Origin: an uncultured delta proteobacterium
GTDB taxonomy: Bacteria > Myxococcota_A > Polyangia > Polyangiales > Polyangiaceae
DNA length: 64,000 nucleotides
Assembly (NCBI GenBank): GCA_963806225.1
Contig: CAWDXG010000001.1
Span: 1,760,001 to 1,824,000 of the forward strand
Reading direction: 5' to 3'
The stretch's first letter is position 1. Every line of letters begins with the position of its first letter. Shown here piece after piece: positions 21,708-31,791 of the stretch. Both the position numbers and the translations under genes were made by a program. The notes under the pieces were generated by a model. That model had not been told where the DNA came from and ran no database searches. It saw nothing but the letters and a program-made list of their open reading frames with translations.

Positions 21708-22706
21708 TCAGCCGCTGGCCCACACCAGCAGTTGTTGCGCGATGTGTTTCGGGGGCAGTGCGAAATCCGCGCTGCCGTTTTCGAGCGCCGCGCTGGGCAT
21801 GCTTCCGACCGTCGACGATTCATTGTCCTGGGTCAGCGTTGCCGCTCCGGCGAGCCGCATGGCCCGGAGCCCCAGCATGCCGTCCTGGCCCATCCCGGAG
21901 AGCACGATCCCGAACAGCGAGAAATGTCTGAGGTTTGCGGCGCTCTCGAGCAGCCGATCCACCGAGGGGACGGCCCGCCTTCCGGGCGGCGCGACATTCT
22001 CGAGCACGCCGCCAGGGCGCAACACGAGGTCGAATCCGCCGCGCGGGATGTAGATCCGTCCCGCGCGCGCCGTATTGCCGTCCTCGGCGACCTCGGCCTC
22101 GAATTTCGTGACCTCCGATAGCCAGCGCGCGAACGCGGCATCGTAGTCATGGGGCATGTGCTGCGCGATCACGATGGCCGCGGGAAAATCCGCGGGCAGC
22201 GGGGCCAGGAGCTCGGACAGCGCCGCGGGGCCGCCGGTCGAAGCGCCGATCGCCACCAGACGCCGGCCAGCGGCGGCCGGGGTGGGCGGAATGGACCCGG
22301 AAGCCAAGCGCTGACGCGTCGGCGACGGAGAAAATCGTCGTACGACGCGCACCTCCGACATCAGCTTCAGCGATTCGACGAGCCGCGCGGGGGACGAGTC
22401 CGCGATCATCCCTTCGACCGCGCCGGCGGCCATGGCGGCCACGACGCCCGCTGTCGACTGCGCCAACACCACGACCGGGATGCGGACGGAGTGCATGAGC
22501 GACTTGACGAGCCCGGGCGCGAGCGCGTCGTCCGCCACCAGTAGGAGCACACGCGCGGAGCGGGTAGAAACAGCCCTGGCCGCCGCGTCAACGTCGGTCA
22601 TCTCGCGAACGACCATGATCTCCCCGGAAGCTTCGAGCCGGGCCGCCAGATCGCTCTGCCGATGCCGGGTCGCCTGGATGACCACGACGGGAACTGGACC
22701 GTTCAT
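21708..22706 (-). CDS. cheB: Chemotaxis methylesterase CheB (atypical N-terminal receiver)
   Basis: GASTGG, AQHMP, PSVDRL, SGMGQDG, TQDNESS..GSMP. Confidence 0.9.
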   Translation of the reverse strand: MNGPVPVVVIQATRHRQSDLAARLEASGEIMVVREMTDVDAAARAVSTRSARVLLLVADDALAPGLVKSLMHSVRIPVVVLAQSTAGVVAAMAAGAVEGMIADSSPARLVESLKLMSEVRVVRRFSPSPTRQRLASGSIPPTPAAAGRRLVAIGASTGGPAALSELLAPLPADFPAAIVIAQHMPHDYDAAFARWLSEVTKFEAEVAEDGNTARAGRIYIPRGGFDLVLRPGGVLENVAPPGRRAVPSVDRLLESAANLRHFSLFGIVLSGMGQDGMLGLRAMRLAGAATLTQDNESSTVGSMPSAALENGSADFALPPKHIAQQLLVWASG

Positions 22707-24841
22707 GGTTGCTCCGCGAGCAGACGGGCGATCGTGTCCAGCAGCTCGTCCTGATCGAAACGTCCCTTCACGATGTAGGCCTGGGCTCCAGCGGCGAGGC
22801 CGCGCTGGCGGTCGCTCCCCTCGTCCCGCGAGGTGACCAGGATCACCGGCAGGGACTCGAGCCCGCTCTCATTTCGCATGGCCCGTACCATGCTGATCCC
22901 GTCGAGCCTCGGCATGTCAACGTCGGCTACGACCAGATCGAAACGGTTGGCGCGCATCATGCCGAGCGCTTCCTGGCCGTCGTTGGCCAGCCGCACGCCG
23001 TAGCCGGCGCGTTCGAGGATGTGGCGTTCGAGCGTCCGCGTCGTGATCGAGTCGTCGACGACCAGGATGGTGCGCTGGCTCCGGCGTTTCGAGCGTTCGA
23101 CCGGCGCCGTCACGACGCCGAGTTGGAGCACTTCCGCACAGGCCAGCACGAGTACCACGGCCCCGGACTCCGCGAGCGTCGTGCCGACCACCCCCGGGAC
23201 GTGCCGCACGGGCGGGCCGAGCGGGCGCACGACGATCTCTTCCTCGCCGAGGATCTCGTCGACCAGGACGGCGACGCGACCGTTGGGCATGGCCACGATC
23301 ACGATGCAGGACTTCCCCTCGAGCGCGGCAACGCCGGCCGATGTGCTGGCGAGCCGGTGCACGATGGCGGGCTTGCCGGCGACGTTGACGTACAGCTTGT
23401 TGTCCAGAGTGAACAGATCCTGCGCGTCGACGCGCGCGGTGCTCAACACGCCGCTCAGAGGCAGCGCGAAGCCGTGCCCACCCGCATGCACGAAGAGTAC
23501 GCGCGTGGTGACCATGGACACCGGGACCGTGAGCGTGAAGCGGGTGTAGCGTCCGGGGACCGACTCCAGCTTGACCGCACCGCCGAGCTCGCGAACTGCA
23601 CGGTGCACCACGTCGAGCCCGATGCCGCGCCCGGACAGCTCGCTCACCGACTCGCGCGTGGAAAACCCTGGATGGGCGAGCAGGCCGAGGATCTCGTCGA
23701 GGCCGAGTGACTCGACGTTGTCCGGATCGACGAGCCCGCGCGAGACGGCCTGCCGTTTGACCTGCTCCACATCGACGCCGCCGCCGTCGTCCTCCAGGAC
23801 GATGTCGATGAGCTCGCCACGGGAGCGCACGGCGATCCGGATGGTTCCGTAGGCAGGCTTGCCAGCGGCCGCCCGCACGGCGGAGGGCTCGATACCGTGG
23901 TCGACGGCGTTGCGGACGAGATGGATCAAGGGCGCGCGGAGCGTCTGGAGCACACGACGGTCGACCTGGATCCCCGCAGCGGCCAGACTGAGCCCTGCCT
24001 CCTTGTTCGTGCGCACGGCCGCGTCGCGAACGGCGAGCAGCAGCGAGCTTTCCAGTGAGGACAGCGAGACCAGCCGCATGCTGTGGATGTGGTCCTCCAG
24101 CGTGGCCAGGGCCTGTCCCGTGCGCCGGGCGTCGCGTCGTAGCAGCGCGGTTTCGCCGTCGAGATCGGTGGCGAGCGACCTGAGCCGGGCCACGTCGTCC
24201 ACGTCGAGCTGTCCCGACGAAGCGCGTTGGGACAGCTCACTCGCGAGCTCGCCGAGCTGCTGCAGCCGGTCCGTGCGGAAGCGCCCTTCCGTGCGCGCGA
24301 CCACCAGCATCGTGAGCGGCGACAGGACCTTTTCCAGCAGGCCGCCCGAGACGCGGACCACCTCTTCGTTCGCTGCCCACGACTTCCTCGCCGGTGTCTC
24401 GAGCTGCGTGCGGCTGGAGCTCGCCGCCACGGTCGGCTCCACGGGCTGGGGAGGGGGCGGCGGCGGCTGGCTCGCTCCCAGCCGGGCGAGGACCTCTCCA
24501 GGGTCGGCTGCGTTGCTGTCGGCGGCGTCCTGCAACCACGAGACGGCCATAACCAGCCCGGAGACGGTCGCGTCCGGGAAGGAGCCTTCCTCCATGATGC
24601 CGCGCGCGAGGAACGTCTCGGCAGCGTGTGCCACCTTCGCGACGTCGCCGATCGAAAGGCTGTTGGCCGCCCCTTTGATGTTGTGGAACCGGCGCTTGAT
24701 GACGTTGGACAGGGAAGCTGCCCGGTCCGGCTCGGCGCCGTTCTCGACCTCGCCGAGCGCCTTCGAGATGAGCTGCACGGACTCGCGCAGCTCCTCGCGG
24801 AACATCGCAGTCAGCTCGGGAGGCAGGGCGCTGTCGGCCAT
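22703..24841 (-). CDS. cheA: Hybrid CheA histidine kinase (Hpt, HATPase, CheW, REC)
   Basis: FHNIKGAA, HLVRNAVDHGIE, DDGGGVD, GFSTR..SGRGIGLD, C-terminal REC (VVDDS, DVDMP, YIVK). Confidence 0.95.
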   Translation of the reverse strand: MADSALPPELTAMFREELRESVQLISKALGEVENGAEPDRAASLSNVIKRRFHNIKGAANSLSIGDVAKVAHAAETFLARGIMEEGSFPDATVSGLVMAVSWLQDAADSNAADPGEVLARLGASQPPPPPPQPVEPTVAASSSRTQLETPARKSWAANEEVVRVSGGLLEKVLSPLTMLVVARTEGRFRTDRLQQLGELASELSQRASSGQLDVDDVARLRSLATDLDGETALLRRDARRTGQALATLEDHIHSMRLVSLSSLESSLLLAVRDAAVRTNKEAGLSLAAAGIQVDRRVLQTLRAPLIHLVRNAVDHGIEPSAVRAAAGKPAYGTIRIAVRSRGELIDIVLEDDGGGVDVEQVKRQAVSRGLVDPDNVESLGLDEILGLLAHPGFSTRESVSELSGRGIGLDVVHRAVRELGGAVKLESVPGRYTRFTLTVPVSMVTTRVLFVHAGGHGFALPLSGVLSTARVDAQDLFTLDNKLYVNVAGKPAIVHRLASTSAGVAALEGKSCIVIVAMPNGRVAVLVDEILGEEEIVVRPLGPPVRHVPGVVGTTLAESGAVVLVLACAEVLQLGVVTAPVERSKRRSQRTILVVDDSITTRTLERHILERAGYGVRLANDGQEALGMMRANRFDLVVADVDMPRLDGISMVRAMRNESGLESLPVILVTSRDEGSDRQRGLAAGAQAYIVKGRFDQDELLDTIARLLAEQP

Positions 24842-24847
24842 CGGCGA

Positions 24848-26110
24848 TCAGATCGCGTAGCGTGAGACCAGATCCCGCATCCGCCCGGCGAGCGCGCCGA
24901 GCTCCCGCGACGCCGCCTCGGTGCTGCGGGTGCCCTCGGCAGTGTCCTTCGAAGCGAGCTGGATATCGCGCATGGATGCGGACACCTGGTCGATGCCGAT
25001 CGCCTGCTGTCGCGAGAGCGCGGCGATCTGTCGCGCGGACTGCACCGCCTCGGAGATGATGTTGGCCAGCGTGGAGAGCGTATCGCCCGTTTCCCGCGCG
25101 ATCGCCAGGCCGACCTCGGCCTGCTTGGTGCCTTCCTCGGTGACCATGACGGAGCTGTTCGTGGCCCGCTGGATGTCGGTGATGATGGTGCGCACCTGCC
25201 GCGTGGCCTGCTTGGACTGTTCGGCCAGGTTGCGCACCTCGCTGGCGACGACCGCGAAGCCGCGCCCGTGTTCTCCCGCCTTGGCGGCTTCGATCGCGGC
25301 GTTGATGGCGAGCAGGTTGGACTGCTCCGCCAGCTCGCTGACCGTCGCTACGATCTCGCCGATCTTCTGCGTCTTGTCGCTGAGCTCGAGAATGCTGCTG
25401 GCGATGGTCTGGACGCGCTCGCGCAGCGTCGTCATGCCGTCGATGGTGTCCTCGACCTGTTTCTGTCCGGATTCGTAGGAGCGCTGGGCTTGCTCGGTCG
25501 TCCCGATCACTGCCTGCGCGCGTTCGGCCGCTTGCTCGGCTGTCTGTCTGAGCTCTTCGGTGGTCGTGCTGATCTCGGCGACCGCCGCCGCCTGCTGGGC
25601 GGCACCGCTGCTTTGCTGTGCGGAGGTCGTGAGCAGGGTGGCACTGGATCCGCCGATGGCCTCCGTTGCCTGGAAGATCTGCTTGCTCATGTCGTGGAGG
25701 CTTTCGGCCATGCCGTCGAGCTGCTTTCCGAGGCGTTTGACTTCCTTGTCCGCGTACCGGCTCGTCCCGTGGCCCAGCCGCATGGTGAGCGTGCCTCGTC
25801 CGATCTGATCGGCGAAGTCGCTGTATGCGTGGAAGGCCTGCTGCAGCTCCTTCCGTTTCTCGCGTTCTGTCTGCTCCTGCAACATGAGCTGTTGCACGAC
25901 GGTGAAGCGGACCGACACTGCTGCGACGGCCGCCATGATGAGCCCCGCACCGATGCACGCGGCGCTGAACGCGACCCCCATGTCGGCCTTCACCACCACG
26001 AAGAATGCGGCGAACCAGGGAAAAATCAGGCCGATAAGCACCCCGGCGCCACCGAAACCCAGATACAGGTTCCGGTACGACCGGACTGGCGTCCCAGCGT
26101 CTTCGTTCAT
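24848..26110 (-). CDS. Methyl-accepting chemotaxis protein
   Basis: Two closely spaced N-terminal TM helices; [34 protein letters not shown] hairpin. Confidence 0.95.
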   Translation of the reverse strand: MNEDAGTPVRSYRNLYLGFGGAGVLIGLIFPWFAAFFVVVKADMGVAFSAACIGAGLIMAAVAAVSVRFTVVQQLMLQEQTEREKRKELQQAFHAYSDFADQIGRGTLTMRLGHGTSRYADKEVKRLGKQLDGMAESLHDMSKQIFQATEAIGGSSATLLTTSAQQSSGAAQQAAAVAEISTTTEELRQTAEQAAERAQAVIGTTEQAQRSYESGQKQVEDTIDGMTTLRERVQTIASSILELSDKTQKIGEIVATVSELAEQSNLLAINAAIEAAKAGEHGRGFAVVASEVRNLAEQSKQATRQVRTIITDIQRATNSSVMVTEEGTKQAEVGLAIARETGDTLSTLANIISEAVQSARQIAALSRQQAIGIDQVSASMRDIQLASKDTAEGTRSTEAASRELGALAGRMRDLVSRYAI

Positions 26111-26628
26111 GGCTCCTCTTCTCCAGTTTCGAGCTGCATCAGATCGTTGACGAGCGTGGCAAGTCTCAGCACACCGATACCCTGTGATGCGACCACGCCT
26201 TCCACGTAGCGCGAGGCCGCTTCGGAAAGGCCAGGCGGTACGCTCTCGAGACGCTTCGCCGGTATCGGAATGACGTTCTCGTAGCCGGACACTCCAAGCC
26301 CGAACGAGCCGGAGTCGACTTCGATGAGCAGTGCCGCGGCCGGCGGTTCCGGCGCCTCGCCGAGCAGCGCTCCAAGATGGACGATGGTAACGACGTGCCC
26401 CTGGATCTGCGTCAGGCCGGCGACGACGTCAGGCGCGCCGGGCAATGGCGTTAGTGACTCGAGCCCCATGACCGCACCCAGACCCACCAGAGGCACGGCA
26501 TAGCGCGCGTTTCCGACCCGCACGACCAGCGCTTCACCTCGCTGTTCCGATGACTGCGTCTGCTCGCGCGCGAGGTCGTGCGCACGCTGTCGCAGGATTC
26601 GCTCGACTCCGGCTTCGTCCGGGGTCAC
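26107..26628 (-). CDS. cheW: CheW-like coupling protein
   Basis: [45 protein letters not shown] overlap with cheR. Confidence 0.85.
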   Translation of the reverse strand: MTPDEAGVERILRQRAHDLAREQTQSSEQRGEALVVRVGNARYAVPLVGLGAVMGLESLTPLPGAPDVVAGLTQIQGHVVTIVHLGALLGEAPEPPAAALLIEVDSGSFGLGVSGYENVIPIPAKRLESVPPGLSEAASRYVEGVVASQGIGVLRLATLVNDLMQLETGEEEP

Positions 26629-27866
26629 GTGGAAGTCCTCGCGCGATGGGCATGAAGGACACGGGCGAGGACCTGCACGAGCTCTCCGACCGTGATGCCA
26701 CCGCCGCAGGAAACGGGCTGTGCCGCGTCGGCCTCGCCGAGCGCAACTAGCGACTGCCGGTAGTACTGCTCGGCCGCGTCGTCCTCGCCGCGCGATTCCA
26801 GGATCGAACCGACGAGGTAGTGCGCCATGGCGATGTCCGGTTCGGCGACGATCACGGCGTGCAGGCGACGCAGCGCGCCGTCCTGATCTCCGCTCTCGAG
26901 CGCGGCGAGGGCTTCGGCCACGTGCGCTTCCGGGCTCGACGGTGGCGGCGCAGCGGGATGCTCGGGCCAGTGGATTCCGGTCTTCCGCACCCCGCGCGGC
27001 CGGGGCCGCGCGCGAGCGGGTCTGTCCGGCGGCAGCGGTCGGCTGGCTTGATGCGGGGATGGCGGCGCGACGGTCGTGCCGCGCCTGCGCCGGAACACGG
27101 TTACCCCGCTCTGGGCGACTGTCTCGAACCCGGACGGCGGCGTTGTGGGGCTCTCGGCTGGCCCCAGCAACAGATAGCCGCCGGGCCTCACCGCCAGCGC
27201 CAAGAGCTCGATCGCACGGGCAACCATCGCCGCGTCGAAGTAGATGAGCACGTTGCGGCACGAGACGACATCGAACGGCGCCGCCTCGGGAGAACCTTCC
27301 AGCAGGTTGTGGCGGCGGTAGCTCACCAGAGCCCGGAGCGCTCTGAAAGCTTCATAGCGGCCATCACGCTCGACGAAGTGCGCGGCTCTGACCTCGGGGG
27401 ACACGCCGCGGAACGACCACATCGTGTAGCCGGAGTTGGCCTTCTTCAGCATCCCGCGGTGGAGATCCGTGCCCAACACGCTCAAACGCGTGCCAGGCGA
27501 GCTCGCCAGTGCGTCGCGCAGCACCGCGGCGATGGACAGCGCCTCCTCCCCGGAGGAACACCCGGCGACCCAGACGCGCAGGGACGGTCGCGGGTTCTCG
27601 GCGAGGGATTGGGTGACGAGGGCCTGGAGCGCGAGGAGCTGTTCGGCGTGACGGAAGAAATACGTTTCGTTGTTGGTCGCGCACTCGGCGAGCTCGCGCA
27701 GGCGCGCGGGGCTCCGCAGCACATCGTTCGCAGCGCGTTCAACGTCCTGATCGACTGCGCTCAGACAATCGAACAAGGCGGGCATGCGATGCCCGCCCAG
27801 GTCGAGTCCATACATCTCGCGGATCACGCCGATGAGACGCGCGGAGGGTGCCAGATGGGCTGTCAT
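26625..27866 (-). CDS. cheR: CheR methyltransferase with C-terminal TPR
   Basis: TNNETYFFRH, RVWVAGCSSGEE, GTDL, HNLL, CRNVLIYFD, GGYLLLGPAE; TPR AMAHYLVGSIL. Confidence 0.93.
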   Translation of the reverse strand: MTAHLAPSARLIGVIREMYGLDLGGHRMPALFDCLSAVDQDVERAANDVLRSPARLRELAECATNNETYFFRHAEQLLALQALVTQSLAENPRPSLRVWVAGCSSGEEALSIAAVLRDALASSPGTRLSVLGTDLHRGMLKKANSGYTMWSFRGVSPEVRAAHFVERDGRYEAFRALRALVSYRRHNLLEGSPEAAPFDVVSCRNVLIYFDAAMVARAIELLALAVRPGGYLLLGPAESPTTPPSGFETVAQSGVTVFRRRRGTTVAPPSPHQASRPLPPDRPARARPRPRGVRKTGIHWPEHPAAPPPSSPEAHVAEALAALESGDQDGALRRLHAVIVAEPDIAMAHYLVGSILESRGEDDAAEQYYRQSLVALGEADAAQPVSCGGGITVGELVQVLARVLHAHRARTST

Positions 27867-28315
27867 CGCGGTGGTACGGGGCCTGTGCGCGTGTGCGCGA
27901 TGAAGTCCTGCACGTCGGCCCAAAGCATCTCGGCCACGTCGACGACCGTCGTCAGACCCTGCCCGTCGTCGAAGTGGCCGAGCACGAAGCCGGGTGATGC
28001 CGCCCCCGACGGGGCGGGTTCCGGCGAGGCCTCGACCAGGCTCTCCACGCCGTCGACAATCAGCGCGACCTGATCCGCGTCGAGCCGTACGACAACCAGG
28101 AAGCTGTCGATCCCGGGCTCGCTGCCCTCGCCACACAGCCGGAAGGCCGGATCCACGACCGCGATGCAACCGCCCCGGAAATTGATGATGCCGCGGACAT
28201 CGGCAGGCGTCTCGGTCACCTGGGTGACCCACGGCATGCGCACGACCTCGTCCACCTTCTCGACATCGAAAGCGAACCTCTCGCCATGGATCCTGCAGAG
28301 GAGGTAGGTCTGCAT
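27863..28315 (-). CDS. cheW: CheW coupling protein
   Basis: FAFDVEKVDEVV, TPADVRGIINFRG, ALIVDGV. Confidence 0.9.
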   Translation of the reverse strand: MQTYLLCRIHGERFAFDVEKVDEVVRMPWVTQVTETPADVRGIINFRGGCIAVVDPAFRLCGEGSEPGIDSFLVVVRLDADQVALIVDGVESLVEASPEPAPSGAASPGFVLGHFDDGQGLTTVVDVAEMLWADVQDFIAHTRTGPVPPR

Positions 28316-28430
28316 CGACAGTGCACGCGGGAACGCAACAGCTTATCCCGGCCGGGCGGCTTCCGCCAACCGCCGCGACTTTGCGGGTCTGGAGCTCCGC
28401 TTGGGGCTCCGGGGAGAGTATACTGCGAGA

Positions 28431-28826
28431 ATGCCCCTCATCCTGCTCGTGGATGACAGCAAGACGATGCGCCTGGTTCTCCGGACGCACCTTGCGGGCA
28501 TGGAGTGCGATTTCGTCGAGGCGGAAAGCGGCCGTGGTGCCCTGGATCTCCTGGCCGGGCCAGACTCGATCGATCTCGTCATAAGCGACGTCCGTATGGA
28601 TGACATCGACGGCATCGAGCTCGTCCGGGCCATCCGCCAGCGCGAGGACTTCGGCACGCGGGTGGGCGTCGTGCTGATAAGTGGAGAGCACTCGGGCACG
28701 GTGCGGGCCCGGAGCTTCCTCGCCGGAGCGGATGACTTCCTGGAAAAGCCCATCGACCCGTATCAGCTCCGGCGACTCGTCAAGGAGCTCCTGGCAACGC
28801 CACCCGCGTCCGGCGAGGCCGGGTAG
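28431..28826 (+). CDS. Single-domain response regulator (CheY-like), divergent from the che operon
   Basis: LVDDS, ISDVRM, DGIEL, LIS, GADDFLEKP. Confidence 0.9.
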   Translation: MPLILLVDDSKTMRLVLRTHLAGMECDFVEAESGRGALDLLAGPDSIDLVISDVRMDDIDGIELVRAIRQREDFGTRVGVVLISGEHSGTVRARSFLAGADDFLEKPIDPYQLRRLVKELLATPPASGEAG

Positions 28827-28835
28827 GGCGCGGCG

Positions 28836-29594
28836 TCAGAACGTCTGGTTCGCGTATCGGAACAGCAGGTAGGTGGGATTCGGCGCTGTCGGGTCCGGGA
28901 CGATGGCGCCATCGGGGTAGTTGTCGTTGCGGTGGACCTGGTGGGCGCTGCTTGGCTCGCTGCCGTCGGAGTACGCATACACGGACACCTTCGAGCCGAT
29001 CGTCATGTGGTTGCAGATGAACGCGACGCCCCCGTCGAGCGTGACGCTCTTGAAGTCCGCGCTGTGCACGCCGAGGTACGACGGGTAGTCGAGAGCGACG
29101 TTCTGGTGCCAGCCCTCGGCCCAGGCCGGGCCGAGCAGCGCTGCGCTCGCTGTCTTGACAGCCACGCCGTTGACGGACACGACCAGCCGCTGCACCTGCC
29201 CCTGGATCGACAGCTCCAGCACGACGTGGGTGCTGTTTGGCATGGCGCACTGTTGATCCACCGGACGCACCAGCGCGACCAGCGTTCCATCGGCGCGACC
29301 GTCGCTCTTGGTGAACAACGAGCCGAACGAGCTCGCGCAGTTCTTCGCCTTCTCGTCGCAGCTAACCGGCGCGGCATCGGCCTCCGGCGAGGCGTCGGAA
29401 ACCGGCGAGGCGTCGGCCTCCGGCGAGGCATCGGAAACCGATGCCTCGGCGCTCGAGTCGGTCGCTGCGGCGTCGTGCTTTGGGTGGGGGGCAGCCGACG
29501 ACGGCGTCGAGCCACAGCCGGCGCTTCCGAGCGGCACCAGACACAGAAGGCCGAGCAATCGGCGCTGGATCGTCACGGCGCTGGAACGTACCAC
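28836..29594 (-). CDS. Hypothetical lipoprotein with acidic repeat linker
   Basis: Lipobox SAGC; SDASPEADA repeats; globular C-terminal domain. Start may be GTG about 29576. Confidence 0.75.
   Translation of the reverse strand: MVRSSAVTIQRRLLGLLCLVPLGSAGCGSTPSSAAPHPKHDAAATDSSAEASVSDASPEADASPVSDASPEADAAPVSCDEKAKNCASSFGSLFTKSDGRADGTLVALVRPVDQQCAMPNSTHVVLELSIQGQVQRLVVSVNGVAVKTASAALLGPAWAEGWHQNVALDYPSYLGVHSADFKSVTLDGGVAFICNHMTIGSKVSVYAYSDGSEPSSAHQVHRNDNYPDGAIVPDPTAPNPTYLLFRYANQTF
29366..29450. repeat. Intragenic 36-bp tandem repeat encoding VSDASPEADAxP
   Basis: About two imperfect copies of ccggcgaggcgtcggcctccggcgaggcatcggaaa. Confidence 0.6.
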
Positions 29595-29672
29595 GGGCGT
29601 CGGCGTGGACGTTGCCGGATCCGCGCAGCCCGGCCGTGGGAGCCCGGAACGCCCACGGCGGGCGAGAGAGGG

Positions 29673-31526
29673 CTACTTGATGGTTGGAATCACGACGTCG
29701 TTGATCGGCGCGACGCCCGCGCCCGCCGGATAGGCGTAGCTCACGTACTGCGTGTAGAAACCGCTGGCGAACGTGCCCGTTTCGGCAGAACCCCAGCCCC
29801 ACACGGTGACGCCGAAGGAGCTCGTACTGCTGATGACGTGGCGGCCGTTGTCGCAGCCGTTCTGCCCCTGGAAGTTGTGTCGCGAAAGATCGAAGCGCGT
29901 GTATTCGTACTTCCCGGATTTCCCGACCGGTTGCCAGCCCGTGAGATTGCCTGCGCAGTCGAGCTTCACGTCGGCAAAGCCCTTGTTGCCCTTGATACGG
30001 ACGATCACGAGGTCCGTCTCGGGATAGGTCGGATCGGCGAAGAAGATGTACTTCTGCAGGTATTCGCCGGGCGGGATCACGTTCACGAACTCGGCGTCGC
30101 CGCGCCCGTCGCTGTTGCCCTGTGGATCCGGATCGTACAGGCCGCCTCCGGTCATGTGCGCCGACATGTAGAACGGGTGCTTTTCGTCCTGGCTCCGGAC
30201 CACGAACGGGCCGGGATCGTTGAAGGTGACGAGCTGCCCGCGCTTCAGGGTCGAGGGCGCGCCGGCGGGCGGCGCGGGATCGTAGGCGAGCTTCGTCCCG
30301 TCGACGGCGCCGATCAGCCGCCACGGCGGCGATTCCTCCTTGCCGTCGTAGCGGTTTCTGTAGCGGATGGCGACGTACTCGCTGCCGAGTGCCTTGACCG
30401 GCGGGATCTGCTGGTGCGCGCTGTCGTCGCAGCAGGCTTCGATGCCGAGCGACGTCTTGCCGCCCCAGACGCCGACCGGCGCGCTGGACTGGATGACGCT
30501 GCCGGCGAGCTCCTTGCCCTGGGTGAACTGGAGCACCTGGCCCTTGTCGATGCTGTAGATGGTTTCCTGCCCCGCGGGGCCAGGGGCTACGCCGTTGCCT
30601 CCGATGATGGGCACCGTCGGGTTGACCTTCACCTTGGTGCCGTCCTTTTGGGCGACGACCTCCACGAAGGGGCTCGAGCCGAACGTGCCGAGCGAGATGC
30701 CCGCTCCGAACGCGTCCACCGCGATATAATTGCTGTCCCAGGCCGACGTGGGAATGAGCAGCGTGGCGCTGGTGATGGCGCTCTGCCCGCCGCCATAGGG
30801 GTAGATGTCGTAGGCCGTGATGGGCGCGGAGGTGATGATGTGGAAAGCGTTGCCGATGCTGGTGCCATGCGCGGCGGCGTCGACGTTCAGCATCTTGTTG
30901 ACGCCCGCTGGGCACTTGAAGTTCAGGCCGGGGCTGAACGGATTGGGCTTCTGGCTCAAGAACAGGATCGCGACCTGCCCCGCAGGAATGGCGTTGCCGG
31001 CGAGCGGCTTGTACTGGATGGACGCGCCGGTGCCGCTCGGGATGTAGCCGAACTGGGACACGTCGTACTGCTGGCCGCCGTACTCGATCAGCACGTTGAC
31101 CGGCGTGCTCCACGTGTTGACGACGTAGGCGGCGAAGCATGCGCCGGTGCCGTCGGAGCTGATGTCGGGCTCGACCGAGTAGTAGTCGCAGCCGATCGTG
31201 CTCTTGTTGGCGACGGCGCTGTCGCAGGCCTTGACGCACTTTCCACCGGGAACGCAGCCCTGGTCGCTGGGGCACGTCTTGAGCACGTTGCCGTCGCAGT
31301 CGACGTAGGTGTGCAGATCGCTCGAACAGTGCGGCCCCGTGCAGTTGCCGGTATTGCCCAGCGCACCGAAGCCGCCGCTGCCGCCCGTGGCGCCGAGGCC
31401 GCCCGTCCCCGATCCCCCGGAGCCGCCGCCGCCGGAGTGATCGCTGCTTCCGGAAGCCGAGCAGCCGACGGCTAGAGCCAGAGCGAGCGCGGTGACAGTT
31501 CCAAGCAGCGTGCGCAACACCGACAT
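29673..31526 (-). CDS. IgGFc-binding-protein-N-domain lipoprotein
   Basis: Lipobox AVGC, Gly linker, SATLLIPTSAW, HQQIPPVKALGSEY, FGVTVWGW..VSYAYPAG. Confidence 0.85.
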   Translation of the reverse strand: MSVLRTLLGTVTALALALAVGCSASGSSDHSGGGGSGGSGTGGLGATGGSGGFGALGNTGNCTGPHCSSDLHTYVDCDGNVLKTCPSDQGCVPGGKCVKACDSAVANKSTIGCDYYSVEPDISSDGTGACFAAYVVNTWSTPVNVLIEYGGQQYDVSQFGYIPSGTGASIQYKPLAGNAIPAGQVAILFLSQKPNPFSPGLNFKCPAGVNKMLNVDAAAHGTSIGNAFHIITSAPITAYDIYPYGGGQSAITSATLLIPTSAWDSNYIAVDAFGAGISLGTFGSSPFVEVVAQKDGTKVKVNPTVPIIGGNGVAPGPAGQETIYSIDKGQVLQFTQGKELAGSVIQSSAPVGVWGGKTSLGIEACCDDSAHQQIPPVKALGSEYVAIRYRNRYDGKEESPPWRLIGAVDGTKLAYDPAPPAGAPSTLKRGQLVTFNDPGPFVVRSQDEKHPFYMSAHMTGGGLYDPDPQGNSDGRGDAEFVNVIPPGEYLQKYIFFADPTYPETDLVIVRIKGNKGFADVKLDCAGNLTGWQPVGKSGKYEYTRFDLSRHNFQGQNGCDNGRHVISSTSSFGVTVWGWGSAETGTFASGFYTQYVSYAYPAGAGVAPINDVVIPTIK

Positions 31527-31791
31527 AAGACCCTCCAGCGCGCTCGAGGCCGCGCGCGCCACGCATTACGCCACGCAGATACCTGCCAGTCCATGATTAT
31601 TTCGGCGGGCCGGCCGGGTCGCGCACGTCGTAGCGACGCGTCGCGTTGTTTCAGGAAAGGCAGCGCCTACGGCTTCGTCGCGGTGACGCGCAGCGTGGCG
31701 CGGAATCGTGACGGTTCACTGCCGGAGGGGTTCGTGGTGTCGCACGTGCCCGCGGGTTGACGCGTACGGCAGGTCGAGTCACGAGCCGCGC

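Noticed and set aside
20346..28826. Chemosensory cluster as a horizontally acquired island
   Set aside because: A/T-ending codons look slightly more frequent by eye, but no integrase, tRNA or flanking direct repeats were seen; a computed codon-usage profile would be needed.
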